A stretch of DNA of 64,000 bases, from the IMG/VR virus record IMGVR_UViG_3300020185_000025, positions 24,998-88,997 of that record; one strand, given 5' to 3'. Shown here in pieces: positions 9,592-18,345 of this stretch. Position numbers and translations under genes: made by a program. Under the pieces are notes generated by a model. That model saw only the letters and a list, made by a program, of their open reading frames with translations, made no database searches and was not told the origin of the DNA. Positions within the stretch are counted from its first letter, which is position 1. Each line of letters starts with the position of its first letter. The DNA comes from a virus.

Positions 9592-10014
9592 ATGAAAGTT
9601 TTTTTCTCGGGTCCACGTGACGGACAGCTCGATACGTATCTACAGGCTTCGGCACTGATGTTTGTTAAGTTCATTTCTAAAGAACTCAACATTAATCGAC
9701 TCCGTACCAATATACATGTCAAGTTCCATCACAAGCTCTTTGTAGACAACTCCCACAGTGAGGGACTTTGCGAGTCCGTGGATTCGAGAAATTTTATTAT
9801 TGATGTTGCATTGTATGGGAATTGGATGTCAACATTGGCTCATGAATTAGTTCATGTGAAACAGTTTGCTCGAGGAGAGTTGACAGAGAATCTACAATAT
9901 TGGAAAGGTAAGGACCATTCCGAAACAGAGTATTGGGATCAACCTTGGGAGAAGGAAGCTCGACGTTTACAAATTCAGCTCATGACCAAGTATATGAAAT
10001 CTTTTGAGGTTTAA
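9592..10014 (+). CDS. zincin-like metallopeptidase
   Basis: LAHELVHVKQ (HExxH) and PWEKEA. Confidence 0.7.
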   Translation: MKVFFSGPRDGQLDTYLQASALMFVKFISKELNINRLRTNIHVKFHHKLFVDNSHSEGLCESVDSRNFIIDVALYGNWMSTLAHELVHVKQFARGELTENLQYWKGKDHSETEYWDQPWEKEARRLQIQLMTKYMKSFEV

Positions 10015-10022
10015 TTGGAAAT

Positions 10023-10099
10023 GCGCTCATAGCTCAACTGGATAGAGCAACAGCCTTCTAAGCTGTAGGTTCCAGGTTCAAGTCCTGGTGGGCGTGCCA
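10023..10099 (+). tRNA. tRNA-Arg(TCT)
   Basis: GCGCTCA/TGGGCGT acceptor stem, anticodon arm ACAGC-CT TCT AA-GCTGT, GTTCAAGTCC, encoded CCA. Confidence 0.95.
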
Positions 10100-10123
10100 A
10101 TTAAAATAGGAATAAATATTGCT

Positions 10124-10309
10124 ATGAAAAAGAAAGAAAGAATAAAATTAAAAGGTGGAGCAGAATGGGATGCTCTAACACCTGCACGCAAATGGTATAA
10201 GTATTTAACAAGTCCTGGTGTTACCGCAAGTATTAAGAAAGGCTATAATAAAAGGTTTAGGAAAAATGGAAAAATTGACACTGAGAAATCCAGTCGCGAA
10301 GAACTGTAA
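10124..10309 (+). CDS. small basic hypothetical protein
   Basis: ATG downstream of the tRNA; Lys/Arg-rich. Confidence 0.6.
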   Translation: MKKKERIKLKGGAEWDALTPARKWYKYLTSPGVTASIKKGYNKRFRKNGKIDTEKSSREEL

Positions 10310-10400
10310 TAAGTTCAATAAACCTGCGACACACAAAGATCGTAAGAAAGCGGCAAGCCGTGGTTACACTAAACACAAACTCCAAAAGATTAAGGAATGA
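10266..10400 (+). CDS. small basic protein (NPVAK..KDRKK..GY.KHK)
   Basis: AGGA RBS; coupled to next ORF. Confidence 0.6.
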   Translation: MEKLTLRNPVAKNCNKFNKPATHKDRKKAASRGYTKHKLQKIKE

Positions 10401-10636
10401 CAATGGATGCTACAGAATTTTTTAAGTTGTTAGAAAGCCATGATTGGTACTATCAATATTCCGACGACCATCGAGCATGGGAAAAAGGTAATAAAGAATC
10501 GAAGCGACTTCAGTCAATTATACAAGAAGATTCATTATATACTAATATGTATTTGGCAATGTCAGATTACATGTTTAAGCCGTTAGAAGAAAGAGAAGGT
10601 TTGGAAAGACCACAACTGAAGGATTTTATTAATTAA
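10397..10636 (+). CDS. hypothetical protein
   Basis: L..HDWYYQYSDDHRAW..G motif. Confidence 0.7.
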   Translation: MTMDATEFFKLLESHDWYYQYSDDHRAWEKGNKESKRLQSIIQEDSLYTNMYLAMSDYMFKPLEEREGLERPQLKDFIN

Positions 10637-10643
10637 GAATAAC

Positions 10644-11033
10644 ATGGTTTCAACAAAAGAAATAAAGCAAGACGTTAAAGAAAAGTTCGAAGATAGCACA
10701 ATGACTCGAACTGGTCGACTTGCTATGGAATTAGCTGCTGAACGTTCACGTCTTAGACAAGAGATGGAAGAACTTCAAGTACAAGTAGAAGATCTATCTC
10801 CTGTCACACCAGAAGGTACTGTTGATAGTTATGTTAAATGGGCAGCAACCATTCTTGCAGTTTTTGGAGTATTTACTCAGAGTGCAGGATTTATTATTGT
10901 AGGTAAGATTGCTTATGCTTGTAGTTCTATTGCTTGGACTTATGTTGGACATTGTTGGAATGATAAAGCAATTATGATCGGTAGTGCAATTACAGGTACT
11001 GCTGTTCTATTAAATTTAACGGAATATTTATGA
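10644..11033 (+). CDS. membrane protein, 3 TM (PnuC/SemiSWEET-like fold possible)
   Basis: DSYVKWAAT..W.YVG..WNDKAI; paralog of 11923-12216. Confidence 0.65.
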   Translation: MVSTKEIKQDVKEKFEDSTMTRTGRLAMELAAERSRLRQEMEELQVQVEDLSPVTPEGTVDSYVKWAATILAVFGVFTQSAGFIIVGKIAYACSSIAWTYVGHCWNDKAIMIGSAITGTAVLLNLTEYL

Positions 11034-11743
11034 GTGAAGTATTTGTATTTGATGTAGACGGAACATTGACCGAACCAAGATTGAGGATAGATGAACAGTT
11101 TTTCAACTATATGTTGAACTTCTGTAAAGATAACGATGTATACCTCATTACTGGATCCGATCGTCAAAAGACCTTTGAACAATTAGGCTTTGAGTTATAC
11201 GATGCTTGTAAAGGAGTATGGCAATGCAACGGTAACGAATTCTGGGAAGGATCTCGAAGAGGTGAAAAGAAAGACTTTACAATGGATTACGAATTCAAAA
11301 AGTTCCTAACAAATTACGTTAACTCTAGTAGGTACCCAATTAAAACTGGTAGCCATCTCGAAGAAAGAACTGGTATGATTAACTTTTCTACTGTAGGCCG
11401 CGGTGCTACATTACAACAAAGAAAAGATTATTATGCATGGGATAAAGTTAACCACGAACGTATATTACTTTGTGAAGAAATCAATAAAGAATATCCAAAG
11501 CTTATGGCTTCCGTTGGTGGAGAAATTAGTATTGATATTGCGATAAGAGGAAATAACAAATCGCAGGTCGCAGATATCCTAAATAAAAAATACGATCACA
11601 TTCACTTCTTTGGAGATAGAATGGATTATGGAGGCAACGATTATCCGTTAGCCACAACAATAGAACTAGGACAGATGGGAACAAATTATCCTGTTAGTTC
11701 ATGGAAAGAAACCTGGGAGAAACTAAATGAAATTAAGAATTAG
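11030..11743 (+). CDS. HAD-IIB phosphomannomutase (eukaryotic PMM-type)
   Basis: FDVDGTLT, ITGSD, EERTGMINFS..GR, GGEISIDI, FFGD...GGNDY. Confidence 0.85.
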   Translation: MSEVFVFDVDGTLTEPRLRIDEQFFNYMLNFCKDNDVYLITGSDRQKTFEQLGFELYDACKGVWQCNGNEFWEGSRRGEKKDFTMDYEFKKFLTNYVNSSRYPIKTGSHLEERTGMINFSTVGRGATLQQRKDYYAWDKVNHERILLCEEINKEYPKLMASVGGEISIDIAIRGNNKSQVADILNKKYDHIHFFGDRMDYGGNDYPLATTIELGQMGTNYPVSSWKETWEKLNEIKN

Positions 11744-11921
11744 ATATACGCATGAAACAGATGCATCAAGAGAATTAGAAGTTGTAGGTTGGCAATACGC
11801 AAGACCTAGTGGTGAACTTAGTGAAGAACACGACGAAACGCGAACTTACATTCGTAGGATAGACGATTATATTATCGACTTTCCAACAGCAAACATTATT
11901 GAGACAATTGAAATAGGATAG
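11727..11921 (+). CDS. hypothetical protein
   Basis: Overlapping-coupled ORF with GGAG RBS. Confidence 0.6.
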   Translation: MKLRIRYTHETDASRELEVVGWQYARPSGELSEEHDETRTYIRRIDDYIIDFPTANIIETIEIG

Positions 11922-11922
11922 T

Positions 11923-12216
11923 ATGATACGTAGTGATAGAGGTGAAAGGAAACTAGATTGGTATGTCAAATGGTTGGCATCAATGTTGGTTATGACAGCA
12001 ATATGCGCAAGAGCGGCAGGTCCTGAGTGGAGAGATATAGATTTAATCGCAGGAACTTGTGGTATTGCTTTATGGTTATGGGTATCATTACTTTGGGAAG
12101 ATAGAGCACTTATATTATTAAATGGTGTTTCTTTCTTTGTACTTTGTGTTGGAATATTAAAAGAATTTGGACCACTCATGCAAAAGTTTCAATTAATTGC
12201 ATGGTTGGTAGGATAA
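11923..12216 (+). CDS. membrane protein, 3 TM
   Basis: DWYVKWLAS..W.WVS..WEDRALI; paralog of 10644-11033. Confidence 0.65.
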   Translation: MIRSDRGERKLDWYVKWLASMLVMTAICARAAGPEWRDIDLIAGTCGIALWLWVSLLWEDRALILLNGVSFFVLCVGILKEFGPLMQKFQLIAWLVG

Positions 12217-12226
12217 GTTTACGCGC

Positions 12227-12303
12227 GCGTTTGTAGCTCAGATGGATAGAGCATTGGTCTACGAAACCAAGGGTCAGGAGTTCGAATCTCTTCAAGCGCG
12301 CCA
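12227..12303 (+). tRNA. tRNA-Arg(ACG)
   Basis: GCGTTTG/CAAGCGC acceptor stem, TTGGT-CT ACG AA-ACCAA, GTTCGAATC, CCA. Confidence 0.95.
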
Positions 12304-12305
12304 AT

Positions 12306-12381
12306 GCTCCCTTAGCTCAGCAGGCAGAGCAGCTGATTTGTAATCAGCAGGTCGTTGGTTCGATTCCGACAGGGAGCTCCA
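12306..12381 (+). tRNA. tRNA-Thr(TGT)
   Basis: GCTCCCT/AGGGAGC acceptor stem, GCTGA-TT TGT AA-TCAGC, GTTCGATTCC, CCA. Confidence 0.95.
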
Positions 12382-12384
12382 CTA

Positions 12385-12413
12385 TTGACAAGTGAATGAA
12401 AGTTTGTTATAAT
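12385..12413 (+). promoter_or_regulatory. sigma70-type promoter
   Basis: TTGACA-N17-TATAAT. Confidence 0.85.
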
Positions 12414-12446
12414 AGACAAAATTTATTTAAACAGGAATATATAACA

Positions 12447-12731
12447 ATGGAAACCCAAGAAAAGAGTAATTTGTTAAACGCACTAAAAGCTGGTGTAGTA
12501 ACAGTTGTATTTAAAAAAATTAATACCGATGAGATTCGTATTATGCCTTGTACTTTGAATCAAGAAGTCTTGACCGAAAACAAAGTGAAAATGAATGTTA
12601 AGGATATTGATTTAGAAACAGAACATTTTGCCGCTTGGGCAATTGATAAAGAAGCTTGGAGATCATTCCGTTTGGATACTGTTGTATCTTGGGAAGTAGG
12701 ATTTCCATCAGCGGAGGCAGTGAATGGCTAA
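12447..12731 (+). CDS. SH3-like (WYL_2/DUF2693-type) protein
   Basis: L..GVVTVVFKK..EIR.M.CTL..EAWRSFR; start at ATG downstream of promoter. Confidence 0.65.
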   Translation: METQEKSNLLNALKAGVVTVVFKKINTDEIRIMPCTLNQEVLTENKVKMNVKDIDLETEHFAAWAIDKEAWRSFRLDTVVSWEVGFPSAEAVNG

Positions 12732-13017
12732 ATGGCCGAAAAGACAACCATGGCATGATGGTGTTAGGATGCAATTCGATTATGAAGATTATATCATGTC
12801 GGTTGTAAAATTTACAGGTTCCTATGGATATAAAAAAGGTCTATGGGAAGTTGCTTTTATGGATGTAGATACTCGGGACTTTGTAGATCCACCTTTAGAC
12901 TTCTTATCAGAATACTATAACCCAGACCCAGGTATATATGGATCACTGAATGATCCTGATGTTGACCGCTGCCATAAATCGCTGTCACTGATATCTAATT
13001 ACATAGGAGAGCACTAA
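12724..13017 (+). CDS. hypothetical protein
   Basis: GGAGG RBS; SVV..GSYG..GLWEVA motif. Confidence 0.65.
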   Translation: MAKWPKRQPWHDGVRMQFDYEDYIMSVVKFTGSYGYKKGLWEVAFMDVDTRDFVDPPLDFLSEYYNPDPGIYGSLNDPDVDRCHKSLSLISNYIGEH

Positions 13018-13220
13018 TGCCAATCAAATTAAGACCGAGTTCGACACTTAGAGATAAAGCGTCGGGCAAAAAAGTAACACAACATTCGTATATGAAATCA
13101 ACTCCTTTAAAGGAACTGTTGGACGTATATACAAAATCAAATACACAACCAAAGATTCGTCAAAAGGTTCGTAACGAGCTTGTAAGACGTAAGGCAGAAA
13201 TACCTGCATTGGAGATCTAA
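13017..13220 (+). CDS. small basic hypothetical protein
   Basis: AGGAG RBS; PKIRQKVRNELVRR. Confidence 0.7.
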   Translation: MPIKLRPSSTLRDKASGKKVTQHSYMKSTPLKELLDVYTKSNTQPKIRQKVRNELVRRKAEIPALEI

Positions 13221-13423
13221 TGTTAAATTGGCTTGACGAATTTTTAGACAAAACATCATATTGGTCAATACAGGCGCTTATATGGATTGGTGTATCTTTT
13301 TGGATACTATTTTTTGTTATATTAATTGGGTCTCAATTTTTTGAAGACGATCCTATTGTTGGTGAAACATATCACGGAGTAATAATTCGCGAAAGCGATT
13401 TGGAGAAAGAAGAAAATGAGTAG
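13220..13423 (+). CDS. small single-TM protein
   Basis: Coupled ORF with hydrophobic helix. Confidence 0.6.
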   Translation: MLNWLDEFLDKTSYWSIQALIWIGVSFWILFFVILIGSQFFEDDPIVGETYHGVIIRESDLEKEENE

Positions 13424-13622
13424 AACAGCAAACATTCGTAGAGAACAAGTAGCAGGCACTAATGAATCAGGTTCAAGCGGACCAGATTTAATGTTTGTAG
13501 TTGATCTTATGGAAAATGGGCAAGTTATTGAAACAAGACGCCTTCCAGGTAAAAGCAGATCTTATGCAGTAGATGTAGTTGAGAATTGGGAGAATGGATT
13601 AATTCAGCTTCTGATTGATTAG
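13416..13622 (+). CDS. hypothetical protein
   Basis: Coupled ORF; R.LPGKS..YA.D..ENW..G. Confidence 0.65.
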   Translation: MSRTANIRREQVAGTNESGSSGPDLMFVVDLMENGQVIETRRLPGKSRSYAVDVVENWENGLIQLLID

Positions 13623-13630
13623 TATAAATA
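13623..13630 (+). promoter_or_regulatory. T4-type late promoter
   Basis: TATAAATA 28 nt upstream of 13658 ORF. Confidence 0.7.
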
Positions 13631-13657
13631 ATTAATCAAACTATAGGCATATATTAA

Positions 13658-14335
13658 ATGGCATTACAAACCAGCGGCTCGATTTCAATGGCTCAAATCT
13701 CTGGAGAGTTTGGTCTTGGCTATGCGATATCATCCTACTATAGAGATAGTTCAGATCCATACATTGGGACGATTCCTACGAGTGGTACTATTAGTTATTC
13801 TAATTTCTATGGCTCAAGTAAAAGAACCGCAAGACTAAGATCTGGCCGCGGATCAACTTCGTTCTCAGGAACATACACTTACAGAAGAATAGGTTGGAGT
13901 GTTGCGAATGGAGCAAGAGAATGGCATCCTGAGTCAGGGTCATCGACTGGTGCAATTGGTTCAGCAACTCGAAGAAACAATTTATCTACGACAGCTGTAC
14001 TTGGCGGTATTCATTACTTTGCATACGGCAGTCATAGACATATAACGATCTCTCACCAATCAAGTTCAAATAGTGGTTGGACATATGCCGATTTCAAAAT
14101 ACCAACTTACAATAGTTCATACACCGTTAGAACAATTCGTAGAGCATCCTCAAGCGGAAGTGGCGGAACATACAGAGGATTTAGAAGACAGTATGGTAAT
14201 TCAACTCAACGAACTTATTACCATTGGTCATGGTCTTATGAAGCATCTCAGTCAACCGGTGCGCTTGGCGTGATTGGCAATGGATTAGTATTTGCGTACC
14301 AACGCGGACAAGATTGGTTCGTGAATTTTAGATAA
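13658..14335 (+). CDS. probable tail fibre/adhesin-type virion protein
   Basis: N-terminus MALQTSGSISMAQI..EFG..P.SG.IS.SNFYG; Gly/Ser-rich; followed by chaperone. Confidence 0.6.
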   Translation: MALQTSGSISMAQISGEFGLGYAISSYYRDSSDPYIGTIPTSGTISYSNFYGSSKRTARLRSGRGSTSFSGTYTYRRIGWSVANGAREWHPESGSSTGAIGSATRRNNLSTTAVLGGIHYFAYGSHRHITISHQSSSNSGWTYADFKIPTYNSSYTVRTIRRASSSGSGGTYRGFRRQYGNSTQRTYYHWSWSYEASQSTGALGVIGNGLVFAYQRGQDWFVNFR

Positions 14336-14349
14336 TTAAAGGAAACAAT

Positions 14350-14886
14350 ATGATAACATATAAAATTTTACAATATAACTTAGTCGAAAAATGGGCTCAG
14401 ATTAGATACAGCAAACCAAACGAACCAGATTTCTTTCTTCAAACAATTCTTGAAGATGGAGATTTTAGTGAAGATGCTTTACATGCAGATTGTGCCGAAA
14501 GAGCAACTGAAGCTCAAGAATATTGGGCTGCTCGACGTGCAACCGCAGAAGTAACATTAGAATCCGATGAAGGCAACGTTGGTAATATTGTAGTAGAGGA
14601 TATGCCAGAATTTGATATTCTTACTCAGGACTGTCAACGAGTTAAAACGGTTGATGGAGATACAACAACATATTCATGGAATATAGTTGCTTTAACCGAT
14701 GAGGCAATTGGTATGAATATCAGAATGCAAAGAGACGATCTATTACATCATACTGATCACCACGCCTTACAAGATAGAGGTACTATGACTGCAGCAATGA
14801 TTGCTTATCGTCAAGCATTACGTGATATTACAGATCAAGAAGGTTATCCTTTATCAGTAACTTGGCCAACGGAACCTATAGACTAA
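14350..14886 (+). CDS. tail fibre assembly chaperone (Tfa-like C-terminus)
   Basis: R..RD.LL..TD...YRQALRDIT.Q.GYP..V.WP. Confidence 0.75.
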   Translation: MITYKILQYNLVEKWAQIRYSKPNEPDFFLQTILEDGDFSEDALHADCAERATEAQEYWAARRATAEVTLESDEGNVGNIVVEDMPEFDILTQDCQRVKTVDGDTTTYSWNIVALTDEAIGMNIRMQRDDLLHHTDHHALQDRGTMTAAMIAYRQALRDITDQEGYPLSVTWPTEPID

Positions 14887-14887
14887 T

Positions 14888-15964
14888 ATGTCAGGAACAG
14901 TTAAATTCTACGCTCTATGCTGTCGTAACACGTTAGCATTACAGAGACAAATCGAAACAATTCCAAAAGAAGATCTTATTGTTATTATTAATACATTAGA
15001 TTCTGATTTTGAAACTGCTGCAGCTGCATGGTGTTCTTCTGAAAGTATTGAACATTATATTACTGTAAGTGATGGTACTGCAGCAACAGGAAAGAATTCT
15101 GTCTTCGATAATTTTGCTGCTTCCGACCACGATTATATGGTTCTTATTGATGGTGATGATTATTTAACAAACCATGGAGTTTGGACATACAAACAAATAG
15201 CAGGAATGGATACTCCACCTGATGTTGTTGCTTTAGAATATCAAATAGGAATTAAGAATTCATACGGTAACGATCCAATCAGTTGTTCTTTAGGTCCTGA
15301 ACCTACTATCGGTGATAATCTTGACTCAAGAAGAATTTCAGGAATGGTTGTAAGACCGTTTCATTTCCCAAAGGAATGGTGGACAACTGCAAGAGCAGGT
15401 ACACAAGTAGAAGTTACTGAATGGGATGTTGACGATTTCGCAGAAAGATTATCAGGTGTACATCAACGGTGGTCAAACCATTGTTACGACTACATTAATA
15501 ATTGGGAAGTACATTGTCGTTTAGTGTTCTTTTCAAAAGCAGCAATTAATACAGGAATAAGATTTGATCCTACCTTTATTGTTGGAGAAGACACCGTACT
15601 TTATTTTGAATATAAACATTTACATAATCAAGGTAGTCTTGTAATGAAAAGTTTATTTGATAGATACCCAACTTACGTATATGATACAAGAATAGGCGGA
15701 GTGGTTGAAACAGAAAAAGATAAAGAAGGACATGATGTCGGTTGGTTAAATTGGTTGTCTATATTAACAGACAAGTATGACGAGCTCGAATCAGCAGGTA
15801 AAATGCATTCAGCAAAAATACCTGAGTTAAAAGTATTTACAGTTCCAGAATCGGAAGATTCGGTTTTCACAGCAAGTGATTGGGATATAGTATGGCCTGA
15901 TGGTTATATTCCAGATGTGGATAACTTAGTTAATTACCCAGGCAAATTGAAAATTAAATTTTAA
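14888..15964 (+). CDS. GT-A fold glycosyltransferase
   Basis: GKNSVFD, DYMVLIDGDD (DxD), GED. Confidence 0.65.
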   Translation: MSGTVKFYALCCRNTLALQRQIETIPKEDLIVIINTLDSDFETAAAAWCSSESIEHYITVSDGTAATGKNSVFDNFAASDHDYMVLIDGDDYLTNHGVWTYKQIAGMDTPPDVVALEYQIGIKNSYGNDPISCSLGPEPTIGDNLDSRRISGMVVRPFHFPKEWWTTARAGTQVEVTEWDVDDFAERLSGVHQRWSNHCYDYINNWEVHCRLVFFSKAAINTGIRFDPTFIVGEDTVLYFEYKHLHNQGSLVMKSLFDRYPTYVYDTRIGGVVETEKDKEGHDVGWLNWLSILTDKYDELESAGKMHSAKIPELKVFTVPESEDSVFTASDWDIVWPDGYIPDVDNLVNYPGKLKIKF

Positions 15965-15973
15965 GGATATATT

Positions 15974-16234
15974 ATGGATTATAAAGGAAACAACGTTGAG
16001 ACTATTACTCATTCAAAAAAGATAATGCTAGATAGAGCAGCAAGACCTTACGACGGATTATCTGAAGGACCTTTCAAAGAATCTTTATCAAAGATGAACG
16101 GTGTATTTCGTAAAGAAGTAGTTTCGTATAGAATCAAAGATGGATATCTATATAGAGAAACAGCAATTAGGAATTTTACCGACGGTGACTATCATGATAC
16201 CGTCAAAATTGAAACTCTACACTCCGTAGAGTAA
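15974..16234 (+). CDS. hypothetical protein
   Basis: AAGGA RBS, 86 aa. Confidence 0.65.
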   Translation: MDYKGNNVETITHSKKIMLDRAARPYDGLSEGPFKESLSKMNGVFRKEVVSYRIKDGYLYRETAIRNFTDGDYHDTVKIETLHSVE

Positions 16235-16286
16235 TAAAGAATTTGGTCGGAAACGACTAATATGAGATTGTCAGCAATGGCGATCT
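16214..16286 (+). promoter_or_regulatory. three tandem hairpins upstream of porin gene
   Basis: ACTCTAC/GTAGAGT; TTGGTCG-GAAA-CGACTAA; AGATTGTCA-GCAA-TGGCGATCT. Confidence 0.55.
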
Positions 16287-16320
16287 ATTTTACTATGTTA
16301 ATAATAAGGAGAATTATATT

Positions 16321-16944
16321 ATGAAAAACATATTCGCAGCATTTCTATTAATGCTATCAACAACTGCATTCGCAGACCTCAGTGGTTCAGCCACTATCAC
16401 AAACGATTACGTATGGAGAGGAATGACTCAAGGCGCAGAGAATGCCCTTCAAGTCGGAATCGACTACAACAACGACAAAGGATTTTATATTGGTGCATGG
16501 ACATCAGATGTAGATTTCGGTGGAGAAGTTGACCGTGAAGTGGATCTATATGCAGGGTGGAGTGGAGCTCTTGTAGACGGAGTACTTGATGTAACTGTTG
16601 GTTATATTAAATACGACTATCAAGGCGATGCTTTTGATTTCGAAGAGTATTTGGTTGGATTCAGTAGTAATGGTTTTACAGTAAACTATTATGATACTGT
16701 TGATTCAGATACATATACAGTCGAAGCAATCTATGCAGTACCATTTATTACAGTGGTAGATGTTGAACTAATTGGCTATGAGATTGGTGGAGAAGGTACG
16801 GAAGTATTCGGACAATTCCAAGACTCGGTTGGTCTTAGATTAACAAAAGAACTTAATGATAGGTTCTCTGTAGGTTTTAATGTTGGTCAAGATTTAGTGG
16901 CTGACAGTAATTACTATGCCTTTAGCGTAAGCGCAAGTCTGTAA
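16321..16944 (+). CDS. TorF/TIGR02001-type outer-membrane beta-barrel (putative porin)
   Basis: Signal peptide (AFA/D), DYVWRGMTQ, ALQ.GIDY..GFYIGAW, EVDLYAG; C-terminal alternating strand. Confidence 0.8.
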   Translation: MKNIFAAFLLMLSTTAFADLSGSATITNDYVWRGMTQGAENALQVGIDYNNDKGFYIGAWTSDVDFGGEVDREVDLYAGWSGALVDGVLDVTVGYIKYDYQGDAFDFEEYLVGFSSNGFTVNYYDTVDSDTYTVEAIYAVPFITVVDVELIGYEIGGEGTEVFGQFQDSVGLRLTKELNDRFSVGFNVGQDLVADSNYYAFSVSASL

Positions 16945-16962
16945 TTAGAACCAAATAAATTG

Positions 16963-16985
16963 GGGGACTATATGTCCCCTTTTTT
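16963..16985 (+). terminator. intrinsic terminator between convergent genes
   Basis: GGGGAC-TATAT-GTCCCC followed by T6. Confidence 0.8.
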
Positions 16986-17307
16986 ATTTCTTAGAGTAAG
17001 CTTGTGCACCAAAGAAGGCAGCAACAATACCAGCAACTGCTACAAAGTATGTAGGAGCCATTGAACCTAAAGTCTTTTGAGCTTCGTCAAGTCCTACTAA
17101 CGACGCAAGTACTACAGCAAATGGATATAGCAATAATCCACCTAATGCAAACCAAGTCATTTTACGTTGCGCATCTCGCATTGCATCTTGATCGTCGAGT
17201 TCTTTTCTTTTGAACTCTAAATACATTTTCTCTTCTTCCGAAGATACCTTACCGTCACCGTTAGTATCTGCTGGGTGATGTCCTGCTGCTTTTAATTCTT
17301 CTTCCAT
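16984..17307 (-). CDS. EF-hand-like loop plus 2-TM membrane protein
   Basis: DTNGDGKVSSEE loop then two hydrophobic helices. Confidence 0.7.
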   Translation of the reverse strand: MEEELKAAGHHPADTNGDGKVSSEEEKMYLEFKRKELDDQDAMRDAQRKMTWFALGGLLLYPFAVVLASLVGLDEAQKTLGSMAPTYFVAVAGIVAAFFGAQAYSKK

Positions 17308-17480
17308 TGTTCTTCCTTATAATTATTCCACGTATATTGTGGTTCGTGTGTTAGTCCTGCGTAAACCCCACCACCAATTAATACCAAAGATAATATCAAA
17401 CCGTACCAAGTCATAGGATCGCTCCAGTCTTGGCCGGCTTGAATAGGCTTACGAGAATTTCCTCGCAAATCCTTTGACAT
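17292..17480 (-). CDS. small single-TM protein
   Basis: Coupled ORF. Confidence 0.6.
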   Translation of the reverse strand: MSKDLRGNSRKPIQAGQDWSDPMTWYGLILSLVLIGGGVYAGLTHEPQYTWNNYKEEQWKKN

Positions 17481-17483
17481 ACA

Positions 17484-17639
17484 TTAGTCTTCCTTCTTCC
17501 ATATAGTCCATGCACCATACGCAATAAGACCCCAACCTATTAAGCTTGTTGGAATTAGTATCATTACAATACCGCCGCCGATAGCAACAGCTCCATCTAG
17601 TGAAGTTCTTTCTTTAAGTCTAGCTTTTAACCAATCCAT
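17484..17639 (-). CDS. small 2-TM protein (holin-like size)
   Basis: GAGGAG RBS before MDWLKARLKERTSLDG. Confidence 0.65.
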   Translation of the reverse strand: MDWLKARLKERTSLDGAVAIGGGIVMILIPTSLIGWGLIAYGAWTIWKKED

Positions 17640-17650
17640 ATCTTTCTCCT

Positions 17651-17971
17651 CTATGTTTTGAATTGAACAGAAACACCACACCCACAAGAAGATTCCTCCT
17701 GTGGATTAATAATCTTAAAACTTTCGTTCAGTCCTATTTTAGCCCAATCTAATATTGAGCCATTTAAAAACGGTAATGATTTTTCATCAATTACTATTTT
17801 AAACTTTCCGTAATCTGTTATAGTATCATCGCTATTAATTTCGTCAGCATAATCAATAACGTACTCCCAGCCAGCGCAGCCGCTAGGAATAATGCCAATC
17901 CTAATATCGCTAGACGACGATCCTGCCGTTCTTTCAATCGCTTTAGATAGTGCTGCATCTGTGAGCTCCAT
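17651..17971 (-). CDS. iscA: A-type Fe-S carrier (IscA/HesB family)
   Basis: GCAGWEY, LD....L..F...NP, CGCGVS; in-frame ORF ends near 17651. Confidence 0.9.
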   Translation of the reverse strand: MELTDAALSKAIERTAGSSSSDIRIGIIPSGCAGWEYVIDYADEINSDDTITDYGKFKIVIDEKSLPFLNGSILDWAKIGLNESFKIINPQEESSCGCGVSVQFKT

Positions 17972-18345
17972 TACTTTTTGCGCTTCTTCTCAATTTTATC
18001 CAATCTTATATTGATATCGTCAATTAAATTTTTCAACTCTGATGCTCCACCTGGTTCAATAGGTTTATGAGCAATTGATTCCATGAATTTAATTCTGGTT
18101 TCTAGCTCGTCAATCTTTCCTGTGATACGTGGATACTTTTTTCTCCATGCGTCAGGATCAGTTTGTAACCAAGTCCATCCCCATCTTACCGCTAAGTATT
18201 CCAAGAAAGAATCAAATTTACCAACAGCCCATAGAGCCATCCTTGTATCTTTAAACCAAAACAAGAATCCTGCACCGGCGATTGAACCTAAAATTGCTGT
18301 GTAGATCCATAGAGTATCGTCCGTTAGTCTCTCTAAAAGTTCCAT
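17971..18345 (-). CDS. membrane-anchored coiled-coil protein
   Basis: N-terminal TM then coiled coil. Confidence 0.7.
   Translation of the reverse strand: MELLERLTDDTLWIYTAILGSIAGAGFLFWFKDTRMALWAVGKFDSFLEYLAVRWGWTWLQTDPDAWRKKYPRITGKIDELETRIKFMESIAHKPIEPGGASELKNLIDDINIRLDKIEKKRKK

Noticed and set aside
12221-12230. ACGCGCGCGT palindrome
   Set aside because: Short and overlaps the 5' end of tRNA-Arg; no independent function evident
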